Source: Hyphochytrium catenoides | Lineage: Eukaryota; Protista; Hyphochytriomycota | Reading direction: 5' to 3' | NCBI GenBank assembly: GCA_900088475.1 | Contig: FLMG01002522.1 | Coordinates: forward strand, 1-64,000 | Length of the DNA: 64,000 nt | Shown here: piece after piece, positions 50,665 to 61,171 of the stretch | Layout: every line of letters starts with the position of its first letter | How positions within the stretch are numbered: position 1 is the first letter of the stretch | Notes under the pieces: model-generated | The model's database searches: none | Told to the model about the DNA's origin: nothing | Seen by the model: only the letters and a program-made list of their open reading frames with translations | Position numbers and translations under genes: made by a program

Positions 50665-53600
50665 TTAGAAGGTCGGGGCTTCTGGGTCTTCACTCATCCC
50701 GCGGTTGCGTAGAGGCGTGTCTCGAGGATCGGGACGAGGGAGAGGAGTAACGTTCCAGATATCGTGCGCATACTCCGCGATCGTACGGTCAGTGCTGAAC
50801 TTGCCCATGCCTGGTAAGGAAGATGCGCGGTGCAAAGTGTGAGATTACTCGAGAGGATAGCGATTTCGGATGCAAAGCAGAGACTAGAGAAAAGGAGATG
50901 ATGCAATTGGAAGTGACAAGGAAGTAACTTAATCCTCACCTGCAGTCATGGATATGGACATCTTGGTCCACTTCAGCTTGTCTTGGAAGGTCTTGGCAAC
51001 GACATTTTGGGCATCCACATACGACCTGTGAAAGAAAAAGCGATTAGAGAGGATAAAGAGGAAGCCACATTGTGCTTCGCAAGCTGCATCGCAACAATTT
51101 GTCACACCTGAAGTCGGAGGTGAGGAGATAGTAGTCATTGAATGGGGTGAGAACGTCCAGGATGGGCTGAATCTGCTCTCTAGGACAGAACTCCTCGTTT
51201 TTAAGCATATCCAGTACTGCGGCTAGATCAGGGTCCAAATCTTGAGGATGGTACTGGTTCTCATGACGGGTCTTGTTCACGTCCTCCGTGCGCACACCAA
51301 AGATAAAGTTGATGTCCTCTCCCGTCTCCTCTGCGATCTCCACATTAGCGCCATCCCAGGTGCCGATGATAAGGCCACCGTTCATGGCGAACTTCATGTT
51401 GCTGGTGCCTGAGGGAGGCATTGTGACAGGTCAGCAATGGCATGGGGAAGAAAGAGAAGAGGCAGTGAAAGATGTCTTTTGGGAGCTAGTTTTCTCCGTT
51501 AAGAAAGATTTAGAGCATTGATTGGGATGGCTCCCACTTTCCCAATCCTCTTGCTTCCCACCTGAGGCTTCAGTTCCCGCGGTTGAGATGTGCTCAGAGA
51601 GATCTGAGCCTGGAATAATAATCTCAGCATTCGAGACCTTGTAGTTAGGGATGAAGAGAACCTTGTAGAGATCGCCAATTTCTGGGTCATTGTTGACCTA
51701 AAGGGAAAGAGAGAGCGATTGAGGACCACTTTCACTTCCAGGAAAAGAACAGCAAGGACGTCCTCTAGGGACGAATGACCAGAGTCGTGCCACAAGATAC
51801 GGAAGAGGCAGGGAACGCCGACTCTGCACTAGAGAGAGCGCAAGGAAAATCTATTTACCTTCGCGCCGATGTCATTAATCAATTTGATAAATCTCTTGGC
51901 CATTGCATAACCAGGAGCAGCCTTTCCTCCGAAAAAGCTCACTCGCTTCACCTGCTTGGCTCTTTCTTCTGGGCTCATCAACTTGAGCTGGCGGTAGTGG
52001 TGGATGCAGAAGAGAGCATTGAGCAGCTGGCGCTTGTACTCGTGAATGCGCTTTACTTGTACGTCGAAGAGCGCGTCAGTATTCAAAGTGACACCCAGTA
52101 CTCCTTTCACGTAAGCAGCAAGGCGCTTCTTGCATCCGAGTTTCATCTGTGTTGATTGGCGTTAGTATACGAGGCGCATCAAGGGACAATAGCCCCAGAA
52201 GAAGAAGAGGAAATTGGGCATTCATTACCTCTTGCCACTCCTTGTGCAGCTGTTTGTCTTCCAAATGCATCCTTAGACCACCAAGGAGCTCCAACTCTTT
52301 CAGCCACTGGTCGGTGCCCAGCCACTTGGTCAGCAGCTTGCTTAGGCCAGGGTTGCACACATGAATCCATCTTCTAGGAGTGACACCGTTTGTCTTGTTT
52401 TGGAACTTGTTGGGGAAGAACTCAGCAAATTGAGGGAGCAACTGCTCAACAACAAGACGAGAGTGAAGAGCAGCGACGCCGTTGACTGCGTGCGAGCAGA
52501 CCACGCAAAGTATGGCCATTCTAACCATCTTAGGAGGACCCTCCTCAATGATGGACATGCCACGTAGACGCTCAACATCATTAGGATACCTGTCGTAGAG
52601 AGAATGGAAGTAATCAGCATAATAATCCCATAGGCTCCTTGCTAGCCAAAGGAAGTTGTTTGACAAAGGTGATGCCTGCCCTCTCAAAAAAGTGGGTCTA
52701 GAACACCAGAGGTCATGGGGATGGACATTACCTTGCCTCCACTCGCTTCATCCAGTGCCAGTTGATGTCATAGATGATCTGCAGGTGTCTAGGGAGCAAG
52801 TGTCCCATTAGGTCAGTGCTCCACTTCTCCAAGGCCTCAGGTAGTACGGTGTGATTCGTGTAGCCGAAAGTCTTCTCCACAATGGGCCATGCTTCCTCCA
52901 TGGTCAGACCCTCCTCGTCCATCAATACGCGGAACAGCTCAGGAATGCCAATCGCTGGATGAGTGTCATTAAGCTGGATGGCGTTCTTGTCGCAGAACTC
53001 AGCAATAGGCCTCTTCTTGCGCTTGAAATACTTAACGAGATCCTGAAGCGTGGCGGAGACAAAGAAGTACTGCTGTTTTAAACGTAGCTCCTTCCCTGCA
53101 CTAGTGTTGTCATTGGGATAGAGCACAGAGAAGATTGTCTCTGCCCTTTGACGAGCCTCAAGAGCCTTGGCATAGTCGCCCTGGTTGAACTTTTGCAGGT
53201 CAAATTCTCTTGGAGGGCTAGCTTTCCACAGTCTGAGATTGATGGTGTTGTAGGTGTCATACCCAGGAATAGGAGAGTCACAAGCCACAGCCTCAACGAT
53301 CTCTCCTCCATCCCAGTGGTGCTTGCCATCAGCATCAACATAAGCGTTACCATAAAAGCGTACGGAGTACGAGACGTCCTTTCTCTCAATCTCCCAAGGA
53401 GACCCATGGGTGAGCCAGTAGTCAGGCATCTCCACCTGATGGCCATCCCGGATCTGCTGCTCGAAAATGCCATAGGTATAACGGATGCCATATCCCCATG
53501 CAGGGAGGTTGAGGGTGGCCATAGAGTCAAGGAAGCACGCTGCCAAGCGGCCCAGACCACCGTTACCCAGGGCGGCATCTGGTTCGCAGTCATAGAGCTC

Positions 53601-54232
53601 CTCTAGATTGTAACCCAACTGCTGCAGAGCCTGCGGCAGAAAGACGCACAAGTGAGCCAACAGGACTGCGCATCCCCCCTAACTTGTGCAACTTACCTTC
53701 TTGAAGTTGTGCTCAAGGTCAAGATTGACAAGAGCATTTTGGAAGGTGCGACCCATCAAAAACTCCAGAGAGAGGTAGGACACACGCTTGGTATCTTGCT
53801 CGGCAAAGTATGCCTGGGTGTCGTTCCAGCTCTCAATAAGACGATCTCTGACAGCAAAAGCTGAGGCCATGTAGGCATGCATATTGGTAAAGTTGAAGCG
53901 AGAGGCTGCCAATGTGTACTCAACGTGATCAACAATGCTCTTTTGGATGGACTTGACATCGCTGCCAAGGTAAGAGCTCATCAGAGACCAGAGGAGTTCA
54001 TGCTTATCCTTCTCCTTATCATCTTGGATTTCTCCAAGGCGAAATTCCATAGAAGGAGGTCGTTGAAGAGATCCTAAGAAGAGGGAAAAGGACAGCGGTT
54101 CCACGTGAGCAATATCGGATTTCTTTGTGCGACGCGAAGACAATCTTCGCCCATCGCCATCTCACCTGGCTGAAATTCCCGCCATGAGTTGGTTCTGCCC
54201 AGACGCGGGCTGTTGCTGACTCTGGCCGCCAT
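50665..54232 (-). CDS. Alpha-1,4-glucan (glycogen/starch) phosphorylase, family GT35
   Basis: [82 protein letters not shown], the PLP-lysine motif [10 protein letters not shown], and [11 protein letters not shown]. Start MAARVS at 54232. Confidence 0.96.
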
Positions 54233-55511
54233 GTCTCAATGAACCTAGAGGTGATGAGGTTAATGATCTTGACCTTAATTTCCACAGGCATGAAAGTACG
54301 CTGTACCCCACAGTTTTGAGCTTACCACTATTTTACTCTTGGATGCGGCAACCTCCTTTCTGAGTTTTCCCGAACCTCTTAAAGTACTCACAATTGTGAG
54401 AAGATCAGACTGTGAGCTGAGAACACACCCTCTGTTGCCAAGACAAAGCTCCCCTAGTAGATCTCCGTAGACTGCCAGTTAGTCTCTGTCTGAACAGTCT
54501 CGCAGCTCCCTTTCTTGTCTGCAGCCGCGCGGTGCTTGCGCCCATAGAAAGATCCTTCCTCACTTTACTTATGGGCAAGCGCTAAGACGCTTTCTGCGGT
54601 CATAGTAATGCTGTATCTTTGGCTCAAGCTAAGGTTTTAACCTAAATGTAGGCCATAGTAGTACGACCAGGGGTTTCGCACTCAGATCTTTGGTGTTAGG
54701 TTCAGAAACGTGTGGGTTTGATAAGCCTAGGATAGTATTTGTGAGAGGTAGACTCAGCATCAATCCGGCTTTTGACACATCGAATCCCGAAAAAGTGTCA
54801 TAATGGATGTCACGACTCCCAAAATCGGTCCACGTGGGTGGGAGATGTAGTAAGGTAGGACTGTGAAGCATATTACTATGGCATGTAGGGTGTCACCATG
54901 GGATGGGTGGGAATACGGATAAGACCAATTTTACAGCAAGAGAATCCCCACATTGGGACCACTTTGACCATCATAATAAGTATTGAAGATTACGAATTCA
55001 ATGAGGTTCTATGATAAAAGGAAGCTGAAGTATGAAATTGTACTTTTGTGAATTGGGAGTTTGAGACTGTCCTAGAGGCCGAACCTGGTCCCCTGAAGAG
55101 GTTCGCTCTCAATCTTTGGTGCCCAAAATATCACCGGGAAAGGACGAGTCAGATCTTCGTCGCAGATGCGCCAAAACCTTCAGATTCTCCCACTTCCATG
55201 TGAAGCAAAACGAGACACAACTATGCCGATGAGAGCTTCGCCGCCAGTAGAACCCCATACTAGTACCTTCTGAGCGATAAGCGCCATCGGCAGAGATGGT
55301 CGGTCCGTTGCCCGAGATCACTCAGTTAGATCACATAAACACGGCACTGTCGCTATGTCGGCATGAGGGAATGCAGGGTGAAGTTATTGCGGATCCTCAC
55401 CAGGCTTCTAAAGGGTGATCTGGTGATCGATGCACGTATCACGGTTGATGTTGATGTGGACTGGAATAGTCATTTTACTTAGAGGGGAAGTCTCAAAGGA
55501 AAGGGCTTAAT

Positions 55512-58075
55512 ATGAGCTCTACAACCCGTTCTGAGCCAGATTCTTTTCTATCATCTGAAGTCTACAATAGACTTTGTGGCTCTCCCCTCGAGCATCATGG
55601 GCTTATTGGCGGCAGCAGGCTTAATCGTAAGGAGCGTGATGAAGTAACAGTCGTGGCTAGTAAGGATCATTGTACTCAGCCTCAAATAGACTATAGCAGA
55701 ATCTACGCACTGTCTTCTTCTGCGCCTGATACAGTTCTTCATGAAATAAGGAAAGTAGCCTTTACTCTTAATGAAGAGTTGATAGCTGTTCTTACTTCTA
55801 CTCGAGGGTGGAGTGACTCCATCCAGACTTTTCTTGCGGAGCATGGACAGACTATTGCGCTAATTCCTAACGGTCATATTATCAAGGACGTGCTCCAACT
55901 CATCCTGCTTGCCAACACCCAACCAGCCGAAAACAGACCAGAGCCATCATGGAAAGGTCTAGCGATGCAAGACGAGGAAGTGGTGGACCACTTCTCAGGC
56001 TTCCCAGAGCATGCTTCATATCTAGCTGTTCTTGTCACGACCAGTCTTGTGGAGCGAGTCCTTTTTGAGCTCTGCTGTGCGCTTTCCGGCAGCAACGGGG
56101 TCATGATTCTTCGAGACATAATTCAGCATCCTGACGTGTGTAAGGTGCTAGGAGAACCAATGACCTTCTGTCTAAGGTGATAACGGAGCTCCCGCAATGT
56201 CGCCTTTAGCGAGTCCACCACATACTTTAAAGGCTGATTTGTCGCTCTTTTAGGGCCCTCTTTCTTCCAAAGGATGGGATCAACCTTCGGAATCTTGTCT
56301 GGCATGGCTTCGCCAGCCCTCACGAGGTACATCCCAGCTGGGCATCCTTGCTCGTCATACTGCTGCTTGATGTGGGACATTCCATTTTGAACCGGGCACC
56401 CTACGGAGCCTTCGCGCCTCAACGGCTTACTTCATCTCTCGACATGATAGATTTAGAGCCGGTACAACAGGAAAAGCTGGACGCTATATTTTTCGACCAG
56501 GTCTGCGCTCCTGCCGAGAAGTCAGGCTCTCTACTAGCCACGAAAACCATTGAGCTTGTAGAGCGGTCGTGCTTTTTCCTTCCAGTACGTCAGCCAATGG
56601 TGCTTTGGGCTCTTAAACAGCTTGCAGTAGGGCGCTGGCATTGGTTTGGTATCGTCGCACTTCCCTTCTTAGAACATGAAGTAAGACGCCTTTTCGCTTC
56701 CATCAATGACTCTCCCGAGTTTCTTCAGGCTCATACAGACAAGTACTATTCTACCCTTGACGGCTTCGGACAGAAGTCCAGGCACCAGGTCCTTCTTGAC
56801 TTCTGGATTTTCCAAGAGGACGACTCCAAAGACATGAAGGACGCGAGCTCGCCAAGAGGTGGTCAACGTTCCTCAATCGATGAGGATATAGAAGTGAAGG
56901 AGCCGACCAGACGCGAAAATGCCCTCCTTAACGCCCTGCCTCGTGGTGTGCTAGACTGTCTCCTAGACCTCTTCATGCTTCCTGATAGCCCTGCACCAAG
57001 AGGTAAACTCGCTCACGGAGAGCTGCTTTTGGAGCCTCTCTTTGCTGTAACGACAACAACGGAAGTCCCCACTGTGGAGAAACAAGGACGGACGGTTTGG
57101 TTGCTGCTGGCTTTGACCATGCTTGCACTATGTGTCGAGAGAGTATCTGCCGAAAAAGTCAACCTAGAGAACTCGTTGACAAAAGAAGTCCAGCAATACT
57201 TTCAGTCCTACTCGTCATATCTGCATCCGTCTAAACAGCTAGCTCGGCGCGTGGAACGATTTCTGGTCGCCCGAGAGAAGCTGATGACAGGGTTCAAGTC
57301 TATCAATTGGACTGCTCTCAAAGATGGGACTGATGGCACGATCCTGAAGGTCCAGATATCCCTCGATGGACAAATGGCGCACTTTGATCTAAGCACTTCT
57401 TCAGTGCAACGGGTCATAGAGAGTGTCCAAGCTCTAGCTCGTCGAGTATCGCAGCTTCGAGAGTTTTACAGACTGGATAAAGTTCACAGCCAACACCAAG
57501 CTGAGAAGATGCGCTGTTATGGTCTCATTGTTCAACTCACGCAAGACCCGAGCACTACGAATGACCGTGAACGTCGGCTCTTTTCTGAGATGAGAAGTCG
57601 AATATCAGGGTTAGAGGCCTTTCCCGGATTGCGAGGTCTACGGTTTTGCCTAGAGGAATGTCGGGATCTCGCGGAAGGGCTTCGTCTAGAGTTGGAGCAG
57701 GGTGTCCGCCTTGTATTAGGACGGAGAGCTCGTTCTCAACGCCGGAAGGTCGTTGTGAAATTGCTCGTATCTGTTGACGCACTGCTTGAGCTGCTGGAGC
57801 TGTTCAGTATGATCATTGCGTATCAGATACTAGAGAAGCGGTCAGGGTCGTCAAAAATCATTCTCTTGCTCAACAATGTTTTGGCAAGAGTGAATAATCG
57901 CTTCTTTCCAGCGCCGCGAGCACCTAAAGCACCGGTTGATCCCAAGGGTGCCACCATAGTTCATTCCCGACCGGGTGCCGGGTTGGCACCTACTTTGAAC
58001 ATTGTTGAGCCTTCTAGGTCATCACTCGCTGTGGAGCAGCTCCTCGCTGAACTCACTGAAGCGCTGACGGGCTAA
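55512..58075 (+). CDS. ERMARD: ER membrane-associated RNA degradation protein (DUF4209, HEPN-like); one intron at 56177-56253
   Basis: ILRDIIQHPDVCKVLG..CLR|ALFLPKDGINLRNLVWHGFASPHEV; LEHEVRRLFASIN...YYSTLD; PRGKLAHGE. Confidence 0.85.
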
Positions 58076-58151
58076 TCCCGACGGTGCCATAGTAGACTAA
58101 CGACAATAAGGCGGGGAGACGCTTATCTTCATCTGCCATTTGATCCCTCAT

Positions 58152-58972
58152 TTACTGTCTCAAACCCTTATTTGTCTGGGTTCCAGAGTACATATCCCTG
58201 AGGTATTCCCAAGAGGGGTTCCCAGGTGTCCGACCTGCAACCAGGATACTAGAGTCATTAGTGAAGGCTTTAACTCCCATGGCCCGTGTACGGTCTACGG
58301 TTTGAGGAGTACTTTCTACGTTACGTCATCTGTCAAGGAAAGGCTCCCTCCTCTCAAGGTCTGCTGCCAGGAGACTACGGAGAAGAGTTTCAGACCGAAA
58401 TCGCCTTCCAGATTCCTTGCTCTCAAAGTCCGGGAAAAGCGCTGGCTTGGCAAGCAGCTCTTTATACCTTTCAAGTGTCCCAGGGTTAAAGCATTCCTGA
58501 AGGTGCGCCTGATAACCCTCTCCTTCAAAAAGGGCGTTTTGAGCACGTTGTACGGTTGACATGTGCATGAGGACTGACCTTAGGTAGCTGTCAAAGTAAC
58601 CTGCTTTCAAGCGACTGATGGCGACTCTGGCGCCCGCAGCGCACTGCTCGCGCAAGAAGAAGACCACATCCGTTGAGACAGCTGCTCTATGTCTCAGGAC
58701 GGCGGGAACGTCATCAGCGATGTTCGGGGCCATGTTGTCAAGCACGTCGGGAGAGTAGCCATTAAAGCTTTTTTTGCAAGCCCTACACCTATACCGCTTG
58801 CAGATAACGTGAAAAGTACTCCTCAAACCGTAGACCGTACGCGGGCCATGGGGGTTAAGCCTTCACTAATGACTATATCCTGGTTGCCGGTCGGACCCCT
58901 GGGAACCTCTCTTGGGAATACCTCAGGGATATGTACTCTGGAACCCAGACAAATAAGGGTTTGAGACAGTAA
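58152..58972. repeat. Long inverted repeat: arm 1 at 58152-58323, arm 2 at 58805-58972, spacer about 480 bp
   Basis: In a hand alignment the outer 64 bp are identical; overall there are about 7 substitutions and about 4 gapped nt. Confidence 0.95.
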
Positions 58973-59800
58973 GGGATGAATCCAGTAAGTGTTCTTGTGC
59001 GGCCAAGATCCTTGGAGCTTGATTCCTTCCCTCCTCTGGCCCCCTCCTCCTCCAGGGCCTAACCAGATACTGTCCTTAATGATCTGGATCTGACTGTCCA
59101 TCCACTCCCTCTGCAAATGTGGTATAGGTCTCTCCTCATCAGGATCATCAGATAATCTGGCCTTAGGGTCAATGGCCTCCTCGGCTATTCTTCCCCTTCC
59201 CTCTAGCCGCTCGGGAGATGTAGGAGTAGGGTCAGTGACCATGCGGTCCTAGTGGGAATGGGCACCGGGTTGCTGCTGGTACATAAAAGCAAGAATGGGA
59301 ATGATCTGTCAGGACAGGGTTAGGAAAATACATCAATACGTCCCATCATAGCTCCCATCATACCTATTACCGACAGTCTGTTGGTCAGCAATCGTTGGAG
59401 CAATCTCATTTGTTGCTCTCTGGCGGCTGGTGGTTGCGCCAGAAGCGCTTCCCTGGTTCTCTCTGGCTGCTGCTGTTAAAGACTGAGAGCCCACTGGTAC
59501 ACTGCAAGCATTGCCAAAGACGAGGTAAGGTATGAAACTAGAGCAGAACTTCAAGAAGGCTAGTGAAGCAAGCCTAACAGTGAAGGATTGATCCTTCCTA
59601 TACTTACGTCCTAACATTGTCACTTCTTGCAGATAATGATGCAGCAGAGGCCACATTTGCTCTTTGCTTGTTTCTTTGCAAGACATAAGACGCTCGCTTT
59701 CTCTTTTGAGTATCTGTCTCTTTGGCAAATTCTTCTCTACGGGGACATCTAGCAATGTTGTGCTCTTGGCTTCCGCATTCGCTGCAGGAAAGTTTGACCT
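58326..59800 (-). mobile_element. Decayed, truncated transposon-type gene: CCHC zinc knuckle exon plus DUF6729 (Zisupton/KDZ-associated)-like region
   Basis: CSECGSQEHNIARC at 59786-59745. TYWIHP / YCLKPLFVWVPE / CPTC..GF..GPxTVYGL..F.V..KRYRCRACKKSFNGYSPDVLDNM...VPAVLRHRAAVS, interrupted by frameshifts. Confidence 0.6.
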
Positions 59801-60576
59801 TTCAAAACCGCCATGACGATTAGACAGATGTGTAAGAGCAACCCAGTTCCTGCACCCCCGAACCGTGGTGTAGTCGAAGCAACGATACTATGTAATAGTG
59901 CAAAGGCGTTTGTTGTTGGTGAGTCGTCGTCTTTGTGGCTGGTAATCGTTCGCCGCTTGTTGTTCGTTGCCGAGAGACGTCAACCCAAACAGATTGTGAT
60001 TGAGGGAGAAGAGGAACATAGCAGGAGATCGGTCGACAGTAGTGGGTAAGGCATCAAAAGGAAGAAGCTGCTGTCGGGCAGGTGAGGAGGACAGGTGACC
60101 GCTATTCTTATCGTCACGGCGATTGATGAGGGAGGCTGATGAGCGGCAAGCGGCAAGGGAGCGAAGGAGGAGAAGTCGAGAGAGCAGGAAGAGAGGAGAA
60201 AACAAAGGGATCACAGACGGCGCGCATCTTTCATCTTTTGACACATGAAAAGGTGAATGACTCTGCTCCTTTACCTTACAAATTCAAGTTATATTAAGAT
60301 AGTGAGGCTGCGGAGGTTGTAACTCGTCAGCTCTAGGTTCTAGTGCCTAGCTAGTGAGGCCCATTGCCTTCGCTGACCCAAGGTCAGTGGAGCTGAGGTT
60401 TTTGCCGTCTAGCCCGCTAACGGCTAGCATTTGAACCGATCACCAGGCAAGAATTGGTTGCCATCCACAGAGGTTGCCCGTCTGAAGATACAGCGCAGGT
60501 ACTGGAGGAAGTCTGGATGAAGGAGAGGGATAATTTTATAAAACATAACTTACTTATCACGAATAATCCTGCCCAA

Positions 60577-60592
60577 TCACGTCATGACGTGA
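60577..60592. promoter_or_regulatory. Perfect 16-bp palindrome TCACGTCATGACGTGA (two CRE/G-box-like ACGT cores)
   Basis: The palindrome is seen directly, about 580 bp upstream of the acyl-CoA oxidase ATG. A regulatory role is inferred. Confidence 0.3.
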
Positions 60593-61171
60593 AAGGACGT
60601 GACCTCTCCTAACCGCCCTGCATATCTTTAGCTACCATCTATCAGCCTCAACATTAAGCTCGCCCACCCATCTCAACAGGAGACAGCCTGACGTGGAGGG
60701 CAAGGACATCTGTAGTAATTCTAATTAAGAGGCTGCCATGATGGCCTTTAGAGAGATTAGCGACGTTAGTAGTGCTCGCGATTCGCCGTTAGCGGCTGCA
60801 TGGATGCGAAGCCCTATCTTTGCCCCAACATCACATCGAACAGCAAACCGGGAGCGGAAGGGCAAGTTGAAGCCGCGAAGGAGCTTACGAGGAGAGCTGA
60901 GCGCACGGCAGCGGAGGCTGAAGGGCAGGAGAGACGAGACTCCGAAGAGACAGTGCGAGAGACAGATATCAGATAGCATCGAGAGGAGTACGGCTGGCCC
61001 TCAACCTTTGGGGACTGACACGCGCTCACTCTACCATCTTCCACATCCGGCCCACAAGCACCACCATCGACCTACTACATATCCCTTCAGGCTAAGAGTG
61101 CACGTCCGCTGCAGTTCCCCTCAAAGTGCTAACCAAGCCTACGTGTCACCAGAGAGCTTTTGACTAAAAAG

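Noticed and set aside
54387-54400. 14-bp palindrome CTCACAATTGTGAG resembling lac operator half-sites
   Set aside because: It is not a full lacO and has no vector context. A few palindromes of this length are expected by chance in 64 kb.
58066-60416. CGGGCTA (58068) and TAGCCCG (60410) as possible transposon TIRs
   Set aside because: The match is only 7 bp, no TSD is seen, and the left copy lies inside the ERMARD coding end.
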